A DNA stretch of 64,000 nucleotides from an uncultured Desulfurococcales archaeon (lineage in GTDB: Archaea > Thermoproteota > Thermoprotei_A > EX4484-217-1): NCBI GenBank assembly GCA_964526225.1, contig CAZGLL010000006.1, positions 1,328-65,327 on the forward strand, written 5' to 3'. Below, one piece after another: positions 1 through 11,468 of this stretch. The translations under genes and the position numbers were made by a program. Below the pieces are notes generated by a model, which did not search any database, was not told the origin of the DNA, and worked only from the letters and a program-made list of their open reading frames with translations. Position 1 is the stretch's first letter. Every line of letters starts with the position of its first letter.

Positions 1-378
1 GAGAAAACTCATTGGCCACAACTTAAAGACCTAATCTACCATAAGAGCTATAAAACAGACAACCTATACGTAGTCATTGTTTCAGGAAGCCTTCTCCCAC
101 CATACTTCGTAGCTAAATTTGCAAGGAAATTATCCGAGAAACTGAAGGGTAAGGTTAGAATTGTTGAAAAAACAAGTAGTCTAAAGAAAATGGCAGCACA
201 ACTACTAATACCAGCGAATGTACTGGGGGTAAATATATTATGGCTTCCAGATGGGTCATGGCAAAGCATAGTGAGAGTTTCCAAGAAAGATACAAGACTC
301 TTACCAGCTAAGAAAGAGGATTTAGAAGAAATACTGACAAAACTTAGCGAAATGGTTGTTAAAATAAGGTTTGAATAA
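1..378 (+). CDS. Crenarchaeal NusA-like/KH-domain protein, 5' truncated by the window edge
   Basis: Frame 1 is open from base 1 (EKTHWPQLKD...KVRIVEK...AAQLLIPANVLGVNILWLPDG). Resembles the NusA-like KH protein found upstream of aspS in crenarchaea. Confidence 0.6.
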   Translation, partial: EKTHWPQLKDLIYHKSYKTDNLYVVIVSGSLLPPYFVAKFARKLSEKLKGKVRIVEKTSSLKKMAAQLLIPANVLGVNILWLPDGSWQSIVRVSKKDTRLLPAKKEDLEEILTKLSEMVVKIRFE

Positions 379-422
379 AAACAAAATTCACTCTCCTCTC
401 CATCTAAATAGAGTGATTAACC

Positions 423-1736
423 ATGGAAACAACATATAAGAAAAACTTTGCAAAAGACGTTAAACCCGAACTTGACGGGAAAAAAGTTATTTTAGCAGGA
501 TGGGTTCACATAAAAAGAGATCTAGGAGGCAAAAAATTCCTAATACTTAGAGACAAAACGGGAACAGCTCAACTCATATTTACAAAAGGAAAAACCTCTG
601 AAGAACTAATAGAAACATTCTACAAGCTAACAAGAGAAAGCGTAATAAGAGTTGTAGGTGTAGTTAGGGCTTCACCTAAAGCGCCGGGTGGAGCAGAAGT
701 TGAACCTTTAGAAATAGAAATTCTAAATCTTGCTAAAACACCTTTACCATTAGATGTTACGGGTAAGGTTCCAGCTGATTTAGATACAAGACTTAACAAC
801 AGAGTTCTCGACTTAAGAAGAAAGGAAAACCAAGCAATATTTAGAATACAAGACACGGTTCTACAAGCAATAAGAGAGAAACTTAGAGAACTAGGATTCA
901 TTGAGGTAATTACCCCAAAGATAATAGCTACTGCGACTGAAGGAGGAGCACAACTATTCCCGGTAATATATTTCGGAAAAGAGGCGTTTTTAGCGCAAAG
1001 TCCACAGCTATATAAAGAATTACTTGCAGGAGCTTTCGAAAGAGTTTTCGAAATAGGACCAGCCTATAGAGCTGAAGAATCTGATACACCATATCACCTA
1101 TCAGAATTCGTATCTGTCGATATAGAAGCTGCATTCATGAACTACCATGACGTTATGAGGGTTCTAGAAGAGGTAGTAGATCATGTTCTAAGAAAAGTTA
1201 TGAAGGAAAACCTTGAAGACCTAAAAATACTGAAGTATGAGGACAGGTTTCCGAAAATAAAAAGACCTGTAAAGAAAATAACGTATGATGAAGCAATAGA
1301 TTTACTTCAAGAACATGGATATCCAATAGAGCGAGGCGAAGACTTAGACACTCCTTCACAGAGAAAGCTAGGAGAGATTATCGGAGAAGACTTTTACTTC
1401 ATAATAGATTGGCCCACGGATTCAAGACCATTCTATACAATGCCTAAAAAGGAGAATCCGGAAAGAACAGAATCGTTCGACTTAGTTTACAGCTGGCTAG
1501 AAATAGCATCGGGAAGCACAAGAATTCACAAAAGAGACCTATTAGAGAAACAACTTAGAAAACAAGGACTAAATCCTGCCAATTTTGAATACTTCCTAAA
1601 ATGGTTTGATTGGGGTATGCCCCCGCATGCAGGATGGGCGATAGGCTTAGGCAGATTTATGCTTATTCTAACAGGCGCCAAAAACATTAGAGAAGTAGTA
1701 CTGTTTCCAAGAGATAAGAAGAGACTAACACCCTAA
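423..1736 (+). CDS. aspS: Aspartyl-tRNA synthetase (archaeal)
   Basis: N-terminal OB fold (GWVH...[10 protein letters not shown]), class II motifs ([34 protein letters not shown]). Confidence 0.97.
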   Translation: METTYKKNFAKDVKPELDGKKVILAGWVHIKRDLGGKKFLILRDKTGTAQLIFTKGKTSEELIETFYKLTRESVIRVVGVVRASPKAPGGAEVEPLEIEILNLAKTPLPLDVTGKVPADLDTRLNNRVLDLRRKENQAIFRIQDTVLQAIREKLRELGFIEVITPKIIATATEGGAQLFPVIYFGKEAFLAQSPQLYKELLAGAFERVFEIGPAYRAEESDTPYHLSEFVSVDIEAAFMNYHDVMRVLEEVVDHVLRKVMKENLEDLKILKYEDRFPKIKRPVKKITYDEAIDLLQEHGYPIERGEDLDTPSQRKLGEIIGEDFYFIIDWPTDSRPFYTMPKKENPERTESFDLVYSWLEIASGSTRIHKRDLLEKQLRKQGLNPANFEYFLKWFDWGMPPHAGWAIGLGRFMLILTGAKNIREVVLFPRDKKRLTP

Positions 1737-3010
1737 ACCACATGTTCATTCTTCATTACCTCTCTAAGAAATACTGTAGCGTACATTCCCTTCTCTAAGC
1801 AGAAATACAGATGTAAGCACTTCTCTGAGCAAGCATAGGATAAGTTATGGATAATCATGGGGGACTTTCTAAACCCGCCTTTAACAGCAATATTTAGCTC
1901 TTTAATTTTAAACATTGATAATTCTACGTTCTTGCTTTCTAAAACACTTCTGAGAATATCGTAAGCCTCGCCCCTTCCCAGCTTCGACATGTAACCAACT
2001 AGTGGGAGCAGTATTTTCTCCTTAAAACCTATTTTTCTTTCTCTTAGCATTCTTTCGAAAAACCCGTTTCTAACTACAATGTCGCCTTCAATAGCAGTAT
2101 TAGGTTTAATACCTTTCTCTAGTCTTAGGTTAACGTATTCGTTAAACAAGTATGCTTGAAAAGCTTCAACATAAAACTTTAAAACATGCTTAGGTAGTGC
2201 AAGTAGTGCTTCAACATAGCTTCTACCTTCAATAAGTTTTTTAAGGACAACACGTTCATAAACGAACTTCCTAGGAAAGAGCCTAAGCGCCCTTTTAGGG
2301 TCAAGTGTTTCGGAAAATACCTTTCTAGCTTCGTAAATTCGAGGATCCTCTTTAGGATAAGGATTTCCGATAAGTTCTAAAACGGCGCCAAACCAGTCTC
2401 TTCTAACTATTTTCTCACCAACCCTATGTGTATTTGGCCTAATAGTTCCAAATCTTTGATGACCAAAGTAGGGGTAAAGCCCACCTATGGAACATATCTC
2501 GCTAAGTATTCCTTCAAAAACACTGTAACATTCATTATCCGTGTTAACATCAACATCTCTTATTTTGATTAGAAAGCAATTACCCCAATTTTCACCTTTA
2601 ACAATACGTTTACTACAGCATTTGAAAAAGTATAGTTTAATAGAATTATCTATGCTTAAAACGCATGGTAAAGTCTTAGGACCTTTTAAACTTATGAACT
2701 GATATGTTAACGCATTAGCGTCCTTAAGTCCTGCGAACCCTATATCATAAGCTTTAATATTTAGTCTTCTACTAATTCTTCTAATGGCTTCTAAGGAATT
2801 TACTCCTTTTTTCTCAAGAACGTAAATGTAATATTTATCGCATGATACGTTTCCCTCACATACTCTTTTAGGGGACGCCTTGAACCCTCGGAGAACTTCT
2901 TCAACAATGAAATCATCATATTTAAGCCTGGTTCTACCTCCTAAACCGCGAGTTTCTGTTTGATAATATTTTAAACCTATAATTTCCTCCGTTTCAGGAG
3001 GCTTGATCAT
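1733..3010 (-). CDS. truD: tRNA pseudouridine(13) synthase TruD/Pus7
   Basis: [20 protein letters not shown] (catalytic Asp), YFGHQRFG and AFQAYLFN motifs. Confidence 0.93.
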   Translation of the reverse strand: MIKPPETEEIIGLKYYQTETRGLGGRTRLKYDDFIVEEVLRGFKASPKRVCEGNVSCDKYYIYVLEKKGVNSLEAIRRISRRLNIKAYDIGFAGLKDANALTYQFISLKGPKTLPCVLSIDNSIKLYFFKCCSKRIVKGENWGNCFLIKIRDVDVNTDNECYSVFEGILSEICSIGGLYPYFGHQRFGTIRPNTHRVGEKIVRRDWFGAVLELIGNPYPKEDPRIYEARKVFSETLDPKRALRLFPRKFVYERVVLKKLIEGRSYVEALLALPKHVLKFYVEAFQAYLFNEYVNLRLEKGIKPNTAIEGDIVVRNGFFERMLRERKIGFKEKILLPLVGYMSKLGRGEAYDILRSVLESKNVELSMFKIKELNIAVKGGFRKSPMIIHNLSYACSEKCLHLYFCLEKGMYATVFLREVMKNEHVV

Positions 3011-3021
3011 ACGTAAACAAC

Positions 3022-3384
3022 CTAGAGGAGCTTTAGCTTGCCAGTTACTTTATCTATTTTTGAGGAATAATCTGGTCCTATTCCAACACATGTTATTGTC
3101 CCAGGTTCTAGCTGTGTTAATCCAGCATCTCTTATCAATACAGCGACAAGTCCTTCTCTAAGAGCCTCCTCGTATATTTCAAGTAACTCGTTTAAGCTGA
3201 AAACTTTAAGAACAACCTTCTTTTGCCCTTGACTAAGCCATTTCTTTGCAACTTCAGGTTTCTCATTGAGAACCCTAAAGAAACCTTCAACAGCAGCATG
3301 TGCAACTTGTATTGCAAGTTTCCCCTTACCCATTTTTAAATCTGTTCTCACTACGATGACCTGTTTTACATCAGAAACCTTCAT
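3022..3384 (-). CDS. pth2: Peptidyl-tRNA hydrolase Pth2
   Basis: KQVIVVRTDLKMGKGKLAIQVAHAA, GQKKVVLKV, DAGLTQLEPGTITCVGIGP. Confidence 0.96.
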   Translation of the reverse strand: MKVSDVKQVIVVRTDLKMGKGKLAIQVAHAAVEGFFRVLNEKPEVAKKWLSQGQKKVVLKVFSLNELLEIYEEALREGLVAVLIRDAGLTQLEPGTITCVGIGPDYSSKIDKVTGKLKLL

Positions 3385-3489
3385 TTTCCTTCTTACCTCC
3401 TCAACATTACTTCTCTTCCTAACTTATTCCTTTACACAACGTCAAACTTAAATAATACAGACCGTGTTTAAGCACAAGTAGTAACCGTA

Positions 3490-3708
3490 GTGGTGAAAGA
3501 TTTGGCCTCAACTACAAGGTTGAAAATTAGTGCTGTAGGTATAACAACACCGATATGCTCAAGCTGTAAAAGATCTATCCCACCTACAGAGAAAGCAGTA
3601 AAATTCACATGCCCTAACTGCGGAATGGTGACTATCTGGAGATGCTATAGATGTAGAAAGCTTTCAGTGCCTTACAAATGCGTTAATTGTGGTTTTGAAG
3701 GTCCTTAA
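3490..3708 (+). CDS. Small double zinc-ribbon protein (DUF1610/HVO_2753-like); start may be TTG at 3502
   Basis: CSSC...CPNCG...CYRC...CVNCGFEGP; conserved position upstream of EF-1beta. Confidence 0.85.
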   Translation: MVKDLASTTRLKISAVGITTPICSSCKRSIPPTEKAVKFTCPNCGMVTIWRCYRCRKLSVPYKCVNCGFEGP

Positions 3709-3724
3709 GGAGGTTGTTCGGGAA

Positions 3725-3997
3725 ATGGCTAAGTTAGCTGTAGTAGTGAAGGTATTGCCTAAAGATATTAACGTTAACTTAGATGAGCTAATGAGTAAAA
3801 TTAAAGAGAAATTACCTGAAAAATATGAGCTAAAAGACTATAGAAAAGAACCCATAGCTTTCGGGCTTCAAGCATTACTAATAAGTGTGATAATGCCCGA
3901 AAACGTTGAGGGAGGAACGGAAGAGCTGGAAAAAATAATAGCTGAGGTTTCAGGAGTCGGAGAGGTAAGTGTTGAATACGTTAGCAGAATTTCTTAA
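3725..3997 (+). CDS. ef1b: Translation elongation factor 1-beta
   Basis: MAKLAVVVKVLP...EPIAFGLQAL...EGGTEELE; SD GGAGG upstream of the ATG at 3725. Confidence 0.95.
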   Translation: MAKLAVVVKVLPKDINVNLDELMSKIKEKLPEKYELKDYRKEPIAFGLQALLISVIMPENVEGGTEELEKIIAEVSGVGEVSVEYVSRIS

Positions 3998-4137
3998 ACC
4001 TTTTCTACACTTATTACACTCACTATTTAGACAGCTAGAAGCGTGAGACCAATCATTTAAAAACTCCCAATTCTAAGAGACATTAAAAGGGAGCAGTGTA
4101 CATTCTAAATCAGAAAAAAATTAGGTGGTTCTTAAGC

Positions 4138-6348
4138 ATGGCGGTTAACGAGAGAAGAGAGGAAGAGAGAAAAGAAGTAGTTTTGAAGGTCATGGAGGCT
4201 AAACAGAAAGATGTTGGTAGGGGAAAAGTTAGAATTGATATTAATGTTATGAAAAAACTCGGTATTGGTCCTGGGGATATTGTTGAAATTGAAGGTAGAA
4301 GGAAAACCGCTGCTATTGCCTGGCCATCCTACGCCGAAGACCAGGGACTAAACATTATAAGAATGGACGGCCTCATAAGGAAAAACGCCGGAGTAAGCAT
4401 AGGAGACAAAGTAATAGTGAGGAAAGCAAAAGCAAGACCAGCAACAATGGTTAAACTAGCACCTTCCTCGTTCAGCATAACAGCTGACGCGGGATTCGCA
4501 AGCTACGTTAAAAGAAGACTCATAGACTACCCGCTAGTTGAAGGAGACACTATTCTCATACCCGTACTTGGACAAGCAATACCATTTACTGTCGTGGCAA
4601 CGAAACCCTACGGAGTAGTAATAGTAACACCAGACACGAACGTTATAATCTTAGAGAAACCTGCCGAACAAGCAAGAGTCCCTAGAGTGACTTACGAAGA
4701 TATAGGAGGACTGAAGCATGTTATAGAGAAAATAAGAGAACTCGTAGAACTTCCACTTAAGCATCCAGAACTTTTCAGAAGACTCGGAATAGAGCCTCCT
4801 AAGGGTGTTCTTCTCTATGGACCTCCGGGTACAGGTAAAACATTGCTTGCAAAAGCAGTAGCGAACGAAATTGGAGCGTACTTTATCGCTATTAATGGCC
4901 CTGAAATTATGAGTAAATTCTACGGAGAAAGCGAACAAAGACTAAGAGAAATTTTCGAAGAAGCTAAGAAGCACGCACCAGCAATAATATTCATAGATGA
5001 AATAGATGCGATAGCGCCTAAGAGAGACGAAGTAGTAGGTGAGGTTGAGAGAAGAGTTGTTGCACAATTGCTAGCTCTAATGGATGGGTTAGAGTCAAGA
5101 GGGGATGTAATAGTTATTGCAGCAACAAATAGGCCTCAAGCTCTCGACCCAGCGCTTAGGAGGCCAGGAAGATTCGATAGAGAAATAGAGGTTCCATTGC
5201 CCGATAAGCAGGGCAGATACGAAATACTACAAATACACACTAGGAACATGCCGCTAGCCAAAGATGTCGACCTCAAAAAGCTTGCAGAAATGACCCATGG
5301 ATATACAGGAGCAGACTTAGCGGCACTATGTAGGGAAGCAGCAATGAACGCTTTAAGAAGATATTTACCGCAAATAGACTTAACAATGGATCGAATACCT
5401 CCGGAAGTACTTGAGAAAATGGAAGTTAGAATGGAAGATTTCCTAAACGCCTATAAGGAAATTGTTCCCTCAGGTCTAAGAGAAGTTTATGTTGAGGTTC
5501 CAGAAGTAAAATGGGATGATATAGGGGATCTTGAGGAGGTGAAACAACAACTAAGGGAAGCTGTTGAATGGCCTCTAAAATATCCGGAGTCGTTTAGAAG
5601 ACTAGGAATTAAGCCACCTAAAGGAATTCTCCTATTTGGACCACCGGGTTGTGGTAAAACGCTGGTAGCTAAAGCAGTAGCTACTGAAAGCGGTGCAAAC
5701 TTTATCTCAATTAAGGGTCCGGAGGTTCTTAGTAAGTGGGTTGGTGAATCGGAAAGAGCAATACGAGTTACCTTCAGAAGGGCTAGGCAAGCAGCACCAT
5801 GCATAATATTCTTTGACGAAATAGACGCAATAGCGCCCATGAGAGGAATAGGTTTAGGAGATAGTCACGTTACTGAAAGAGTGGTTAGTCAGCTTCTCAC
5901 CGAAATGGACGGTATTGAGAAGTTAGAGAATGTTGTTGTTATCGCTGCTACGAATAGACCTGACATACTAGACCCAGCACTACTAAGACCAGGAAGATTC
6001 GACAAACTAATTTACGTACCCCCACCAGACATTAAGGGCAGATACGAAATTTTCAAGGTTCACACTAGGAATATGCCTTTAGCGGAAGACGTAGACTTAT
6101 GGAGGCTCGCTGAGCTAACTGAGGGATATACTGGAGCAGATATTGAAGCAGTATGTAGAGAAGCAGCTCTAATGGCTCTTAGAGAGGACATAAACGCTAA
6201 AAATGTAAAAATGAAGCACTTCCTTGAAGCATTGAAGATTATTAGACCATCGATAACTGAGGACATGGTTAAAATGTATAAGACTTGGATGGATAGAGCA
6301 AGACAAGTACTTCCACGTGGAAAAGCTCAATTAAGCACATTCGTTTAA
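4138..6348 (+). CDS. cdc48: CDC48/VCP-family AAA+ ATPase, paralog 1
   Basis: N-domain plus two AAA modules ([16 protein letters not shown]; FIDEID, FFDEID); SD AGGTGG before the ATG at 4138. Confidence 0.97.
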   Translation: MAVNERREEERKEVVLKVMEAKQKDVGRGKVRIDINVMKKLGIGPGDIVEIEGRRKTAAIAWPSYAEDQGLNIIRMDGLIRKNAGVSIGDKVIVRKAKARPATMVKLAPSSFSITADAGFASYVKRRLIDYPLVEGDTILIPVLGQAIPFTVVATKPYGVVIVTPDTNVIILEKPAEQARVPRVTYEDIGGLKHVIEKIRELVELPLKHPELFRRLGIEPPKGVLLYGPPGTGKTLLAKAVANEIGAYFIAINGPEIMSKFYGESEQRLREIFEEAKKHAPAIIFIDEIDAIAPKRDEVVGEVERRVVAQLLALMDGLESRGDVIVIAATNRPQALDPALRRPGRFDREIEVPLPDKQGRYEILQIHTRNMPLAKDVDLKKLAEMTHGYTGADLAALCREAAMNALRRYLPQIDLTMDRIPPEVLEKMEVRMEDFLNAYKEIVPSGLREVYVEVPEVKWDDIGDLEEVKQQLREAVEWPLKYPESFRRLGIKPPKGILLFGPPGCGKTLVAKAVATESGANFISIKGPEVLSKWVGESERAIRVTFRRARQAAPCIIFFDEIDAIAPMRGIGLGDSHVTERVVSQLLTEMDGIEKLENVVVIAATNRPDILDPALLRPGRFDKLIYVPPPDIKGRYEIFKVHTRNMPLAEDVDLWRLAELTEGYTGADIEAVCREAALMALREDINAKNVKMKHFLEALKIIRPSITEDMVKMYKTWMDRARQVLPRGKAQLSTFV
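4792..4950 (+). repeat. 159-bp exact repeat shared by the two cdc48 paralogs (other copy 34951-35109), D1 Walker A region
   Basis: Base-by-base identity from gagcctcctaagggtg to actaagagaa; flanks diverge at synonymous sites. Confidence 0.9.
5695..6004 (+). repeat. 310-bp exact repeat shared by the two cdc48 paralogs (other copy 35857-36166), D2 core
   Basis: Base-by-base identity from gcaaactttatctc to agattcgaca. Confidence 0.9.
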
Positions 6349-6472
6349 AATACGAAAACCTTTTAATACAATTTTCAATAAACATTGTTTAGATGTAAGA
6401 TTTAGTTCTTAGAACATTAGTTGGCTAAACACTGTCTAAACCTTTAATAGTGTTATATGAGATGAATCGGGA

Positions 6473-6706
6473 ATGCCTATATGGAATCCAGAGCCCTTAG
6501 TTAACATAGTCTTAGCGTTATTGAAGGTTTCGAGAGATGGAAAGTTAAGAGAGGACGAAATACTTAGGATGCTAAAATACACTTATTCTGAAATATCTAG
6601 GAAAGAACTCCTTAAAACACTTATGCTATTAGAAATTAGGGGGCTCATTAAGGTTGTGATGGCTAAAGAGGACTTGTTAGTAGCTGAATTAGTAAAGGAA
6701 GATTGA
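6473..6706 (+). CDS. Small winged-helix protein between cdc48 and fen
   Basis: 77 aa with a wHTH-like pattern (EISRKELLKTLMLLEIRGLIKV); the cdc48-small ORF-fen order recalls crenarchaeal synteny. Confidence 0.7.
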   Translation: MPIWNPEPLVNIVLALLKVSRDGKLREDEILRMLKYTYSEISRKELLKTLMLLEIRGLIKVVMAKEDLLVAELVKED

Positions 6707-6772
6707 AACGCCATATTTAGGTAAAGAGATAAAAGAGTGAAAGCTCCCTACAATACCTATGGGAGAGAGGTA

Positions 6773-7819
6773 GTGGGTGTAAATCTTAAAGAACTTATAC
6801 CTGACCAAGCAAGGAAAACTATTGAGCTCATCGAATTAAAAGGTAAAGTCGTAAGCATAGACGGCTACAATGCGTTATACCAATTCTTAACCGCAATAAG
6901 ACAGCCCGATGGAACACCATTGAGAGATAGTAAGGGAAGAATAACTAGCCACTTAAGCGGACTATTTTATAGAACAATAAATCTTTTAGAACATGGTATT
7001 AAACCTGTATATGTTTTCGACGGTAAACCCCCGGAACTTAAAGCTATGGAAATTGCTAGAAGGAAGAAAATCAAGGAGGAGGCGGTTAAAAAGTATGAAG
7101 AAGCATTGGCTAAAGGCGATTTAGAAGCTGCAAAAAGATATGCTCAAATGGCCTCTAAACTAACAGAGGACATGGTAGATGCAGCTAAGAAACTACTTAC
7201 AGCAATGGGCATTCCATGGGTCCAAGCCCCCGCTGAAGGTGAAGCACAAGCTGCACATATGGCTGCTAAGGGAGATGTTTGGGCAACTGGAAGCCAAGAC
7301 TACGACTCACTACTTTTCGGAGCTCCTAGGCTTGTAAGAAACCTAACAATAACTGGTAAGAGGAAGCTTCCAAGAAAAGACGTTTACGTAGAGATAAAGC
7401 CTGAGGTGATAATTTTAGACGAACTATTAAAGACTCTAGGAATAACTAGGGAGCAACTAATAGACATAGCTATCCTCTTAGGTACAGACTATAATCCTGA
7501 AGGAGTTAAGGGTATAGGTCCGAAGACAGCACTAAGATACATTAAAACATATGGTTCCCTTGAAAAAGTGCTTAAAGTAGTTAAAGCCGAGTTCCCAGTA
7601 GACCCATTAAAGATAAAGGAGTATTTCCTTAACCCTCCCGTAACAGACAATTACAAAATAGAATGGAAAGAACCTAACAAAGAAGAGGTAATCAAAATAC
7701 TAGTTTACGAGTACGACTTCTCCGAAACGCGCGTTAAGAACGCGCTCAATAGATTAGAGAAAGCATATAGAGAGCACGTAAAGACGAAGCAGCTAGGATT
7801 AGATATGTGGTTTAGATAG
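6773..7819 (+). CDS. fen: Flap endonuclease 1
   Basis: MGVNL start (GTG 6773), [34 protein letters not shown] and C-terminal PIP box KQLGLDMWF. Confidence 0.97.
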   Translation: MGVNLKELIPDQARKTIELIELKGKVVSIDGYNALYQFLTAIRQPDGTPLRDSKGRITSHLSGLFYRTINLLEHGIKPVYVFDGKPPELKAMEIARRKKIKEEAVKKYEEALAKGDLEAAKRYAQMASKLTEDMVDAAKKLLTAMGIPWVQAPAEGEAQAAHMAAKGDVWATGSQDYDSLLFGAPRLVRNLTITGKRKLPRKDVYVEIKPEVIILDELLKTLGITREQLIDIAILLGTDYNPEGVKGIGPKTALRYIKTYGSLEKVLKVVKAEFPVDPLKIKEYFLNPPVTDNYKIEWKEPNKEEVIKILVYEYDFSETRVKNALNRLEKAYREHVKTKQLGLDMWFR

Positions 7820-7824
7820 CGGAA

Positions 7825-8514
7825 CTATTGGTTTTCGCTCCAACCATACTCGCCAACAAGAGGGACGAAAACGCATGGCGTTACAGTTTCTCTCATAAAT
7901 TCCTTAGGACCCTTCTTTTCAATAACGTACAAGTGCTGTAGATATCTTGAACCAACAGGTATCACTAACTTTCCTCCTACCTTAAGTTGTTCGAGAAGAG
8001 GCTCAGGAGGCTTAGGGGCGGCAGCAGTCACAATTATCCTGTCGTAAGGTGCTTTTTCAGGGTAACCTAATGTGCCATCACCAACTATTACTGTAACTCT
8101 ATCGGAATACCCTGTTTTTTCAAGGTTCTTTTTTGCGAATTCTGCGAGTTCAGGAATTCTCTCTATCGTGTATACATGACCCTTTATTGGAGACTCTTCC
8201 GGAGCAACAACTTCCGCAATTACTGCCGCATGATATCCCGAACCCGTGCCTATCTCTAAAACATTATGACCAATGTCTAAGTCAGCTACTTCGCACATAA
8301 GCGCGACCATGTGAGGAGCACTAATTGTCTGGCCTTTAAGTATTGGAAGAGGCGAATCAACGTATGCATATTTCCTATATTCGGAGAGAACGAATTCTTC
8401 CCTAGGAACCTTAAGCATAGCTTTCTTTACTTTCTCAGAACGTATTACTCCCTCAAGCTCAAGTTGCCTTATAAGCTTCCTTCTCTCGCTAGCGAAATCT
8501 ATTTCGTCAAACAA
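7825..8514 (-). CDS. pcm: Protein-L-isoaspartate O-methyltransferase
   Basis: VPREEF, GQTISAPHMVA, LEIGTGSGY, GDGTLGYPEKAPYDRIIVTAAA. Confidence 0.96.
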   Translation of the reverse strand: MFDEIDFASERRKLIRQLELEGVIRSEKVKKAMLKVPREEFVLSEYRKYAYVDSPLPILKGQTISAPHMVALMCEVADLDIGHNVLEIGTGSGYHAAVIAEVVAPEESPIKGHVYTIERIPELAEFAKKNLEKTGYSDRVTVIVGDGTLGYPEKAPYDRIIVTAAAPKPPEPLLEQLKVGGKLVIPVGSRYLQHLYVIEKKGPKEFMRETVTPCVFVPLVGEYGWSENQ

Positions 8515-8588
8515 AATCTGACTCCCTAAAATACCTTATTACAACATTAACTCTTATATTTATCACGTAACATCCTTAACTTAACACG

Positions 8589-9035
8589 GTGTTTGCAATG
8601 AAGATTGCCATGGAAAGAATAGTTGCTTACGGGCACCCTAACGTTAAAGCAACCCATAGAACAACTTTCGAAATAACCAAGGAGTCATGGCTAACACCTA
8701 GAGGGGACTGTATAATAGGTGTAAATGCCTCGAAATCCCCTAGGGAATTCAGTAAAGAACTAAAGGATCTTCTCAAGAAAGACAACACCTTAGTCATAGT
8801 GGTTTTACTAACAGAAAACAGCTACGACTACGCACTAGGCTATGGTTCATCAAAACTCACATTAACTGATGATACGAGAAGCATTTTTAGAAAAAGCAAC
8901 TTCACTTCACCAAACACTGTAGCTATATTAATGAATAAAGCCGCTAAAGACTTGAGAAAAGACCTTATAGAAGATTTAAAGAGAGGATCAAGACTTGACG
9001 TAATAATTTTAGCATTAAACCCTTACATGATGTAA
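8589..9035 (+). CDS. DUF371 family protein
   Basis: GHPNVKATHRTTFEITK...LTPRGDCIIGV...RKS...NKAAKDL signature. Confidence 0.88.
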   Translation: MFAMKIAMERIVAYGHPNVKATHRTTFEITKESWLTPRGDCIIGVNASKSPREFSKELKDLLKKDNTLVIVVLLTENSYDYALGYGSSKLTLTDDTRSIFRKSNFTSPNTVAILMNKAAKDLRKDLIEDLKRGSRLDVIILALNPYMM

Positions 9036-10078
9036 GCGTCAATAACATAAAGTTTCTTTGTAGGTGAAACTTCAAGAACCCTTCTTACACCTAATATTTT
9101 AACTATTCTCCTACCATACCTTACGACTTCGCTTATAAGCTCATGCAGAGGCTCGGTTGATGTTTGAGAGAAGCGATAATAATGAATTATCCCCCCTTCA
9201 TCACTTATTAGCTTGGCAGCATTTCTAATGAACATATGGGATAAGCCGGGTAAATTCATTATTATTCTATTAAATTTCTTATTAAGAAAACGTTCCGATC
9301 TAGAGGAATCAGCATGAATAGGCATAACTACCCCTTTTAACCTATTTATTTTTAAGCTTTCATTAATTGATTTAACAGCATAGGGATTTATGTCGAGAGC
9401 CACAACCTCCACACTCTTGTGCTTAGCGATAATTATGGAGAACCCTCCTATTCCAGCGAACATATCCAATATTTTTTCACTATCAGATGCAAGTTCGCTA
9501 ATTCTCCTATGTTCATAGCTGAGTGAAGGATTAACGTATACTTTACCTATGTAAACGACAAATTTACAACCATGTTCAACATACAATGTTTTGTTAACAT
9601 GAGCTCCTGCAATAAGTTTTAAAGGGAGAATTCTTTCTGTACCCGATGTTTCACCTACGATAGCGTAGACTGCTTTCTTATTTCTATGGAATTTTAGGAG
9701 GGCATTTCCAATTTCTTCCCAGTATTTTTCGGGAACATTGTTTAGACGTATGAGTATTACATCTCCAACTATATCGTATGAGGAAGGTAGTTTCTCATAC
9801 ACTTTCTGAGGCAATTTATTTACGAGGAAATCTCTGTATGTTCTAATATAGCTTCTCCTTCTCGGGCTACATTCAACAATCGCGGGGTTTATATGTGTAA
9901 GTGAGGGAGGAATTTTAGACTCCGTTAAGGGAATTAGAATATACTCTTTCTCCCTAACTATCTCGTATGAGCTATTAACTAAGCCCAACTTTCTAAGAAT
10001 TTTAAGAACATATTCTCCGCACTCCTTTTTTATCTTTAAACAATACGTCATAGCATTAACCTTCTCTACTCTAAACAA
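9023..10078 (-). CDS. trm5: tRNA (guanine37-N1)-methyltransferase, Trm5/Met-10 family
   Basis: SYDIVGDVILI, EHGCKF, LDMFAGIGGF, DINPYA, RIIMNLP. Confidence 0.9.
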   Translation of the reverse strand: MFRVEKVNAMTYCLKIKKECGEYVLKILRKLGLVNSSYEIVREKEYILIPLTESKIPPSLTHINPAIVECSPRRRSYIRTYRDFLVNKLPQKVYEKLPSSYDIVGDVILIRLNNVPEKYWEEIGNALLKFHRNKKAVYAIVGETSGTERILPLKLIAGAHVNKTLYVEHGCKFVVYIGKVYVNPSLSYEHRRISELASDSEKILDMFAGIGGFSIIIAKHKSVEVVALDINPYAVKSINESLKINRLKGVVMPIHADSSRSERFLNKKFNRIIMNLPGLSHMFIRNAAKLISDEGGIIHYYRFSQTSTEPLHELISEVVRYGRRIVKILGVRRVLEVSPTKKLYVIDAYIM

Positions 10079-10123
10079 ATTTAAGATTCGACATATAATT
10101 GGTTTTGTGAGGTTAAGAAAGAT

Positions 10124-10972
10124 ATGGTGGCTATAGCGCTAACGTCAAGAATAGATAAAGCTGAGGCATTATCTCTAGCTAGAAAGCTAGCTTCAGAAAT
10201 CATCGATGCCATAGATAAGCTATACGTAGATGTATCACTTAAGCCTCACATAGGTTTAAAACATAGTAAAGTAGAGTTCTTCGACATAGAGAATTTTGGA
10301 AGTTTAAAGGTGGATATTGCAGTAGTTATTGGCGGTGACGGTTCAATACTTAGACTACTACATTACTTTGGAGAGAAAAACCCACCATACATTTTCAGCA
10401 TAAACATGGGAAGATACGGTTTCCTCTCCGAAATATCCCCTAAAAACTCAATTAACCTTCTCAAAGAAATTATTAGAGAAAATAGAAGAGTTGAAGTTGT
10501 TTATAAACCTAGAATAGTAGGTTACGTTGGAAACAAAAAGCTACCTCCTGTACTTAACGACTATGTAATTTTAGCTCCGAGATTGAAAATTGTTCATCTA
10601 AAACTTACAAAGGTAAGAACTGGGGAAACAGTGTACGACATATATGCTGATGGAATAATAGTTTCTCCAACATCCGGGTCCACAGGTTACTCCCTAAGCG
10701 CTGGCGGACCTGTTATTGATGAAGATCTTTCAGCAATAGTAACTACACCTATGAATCCTATGCAGTTAAGAGCGAGACCTGTTGTTTTCAGTATTAATGA
10801 GGAGTTAGAAGTGAAGGTACTTGATAGGGAAGTTGAAGTATATTCTGACGGATTTCTATGTTGCAAAATTGCTGAAGGTGAAGGAGTTAAAATAATGTTC
10901 TGGGATAAAGTAGGTTTCTTTAGAGAGAAAAGACAGTACTATGATAAGATAATGCGGAGAGACTATGTGTGA
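10124..10972 (+). CDS. nadK: NAD kinase
   Basis: GGDGSIL, INMGRYGFL, LND, DGIIVSPTSGSTGYSLSAGGP. Confidence 0.93.
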   Translation: MVAIALTSRIDKAEALSLARKLASEIIDAIDKLYVDVSLKPHIGLKHSKVEFFDIENFGSLKVDIAVVIGGDGSILRLLHYFGEKNPPYIFSINMGRYGFLSEISPKNSINLLKEIIRENRRVEVVYKPRIVGYVGNKKLPPVLNDYVILAPRLKIVHLKLTKVRTGETVYDIYADGIIVSPTSGSTGYSLSAGGPVIDEDLSAIVTTPMNPMQLRARPVVFSINEELEVKVLDREVEVYSDGFLCCKIAEGEGVKIMFWDKVGFFREKRQYYDKIMRRDYV

Positions 10973-11468
10973 AAATAAGGTTCCGGTTTTAGATACAGCA
11001 GCGCTTATTACAAAAATTATTCTTCAAATACCTACTAAGCAATATACTGTAGCCGAAGTCTTAGATGAGGTCAGGGATGAGGAAAGTAGGAAAGCATTAA
11101 GAATTGCTTTGGAAGCAGGAAAGCTTTCCATAATGAAACCTAGTGAGGAATCTCTTAGGAAAGTTAGGGAAGTAGCTAGGGAAATAGGGGAATTACCGAA
11201 TCTATCGAATACAGACTTGGCTGTAGCCGCTTTAGCTCTTGATTTTAAAAGTAGGGGATTAGAACCTGTAATTTACACTGACGACTACTCTCTGCAGAAC
11301 CTAGCCAAAAGCTTAGGAATAGAGTTTCATCCCATAAGAACACGTGGCATAGTTGAGAAGAGAAAGTACATGGTTTATTGTCCAGCATGCGGCTATGTCG
11401 CCTCTAGCGAAAACGAGAAATCATGTCCAAGATGTGGGCATAGGCTCTCTAGAAAACCTATTTCTTAA
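10965..11468 (+). CDS. nob1: Nob1 PIN endonuclease (16S rRNA maturation)
   Basis: VLDTAALI, LSNTD, YTDDYSLQN and C-terminal CPAC...CPRCG zinc ribbon. Confidence 0.92.
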   Translation: MCENKVPVLDTAALITKIILQIPTKQYTVAEVLDEVRDEESRKALRIALEAGKLSIMKPSEESLRKVREVAREIGELPNLSNTDLAVAALALDFKSRGLEPVIYTDDYSLQNLAKSLGIEFHPIRTRGIVEKRKYMVYCPACGYVASSENEKSCPRCGHRLSRKPIS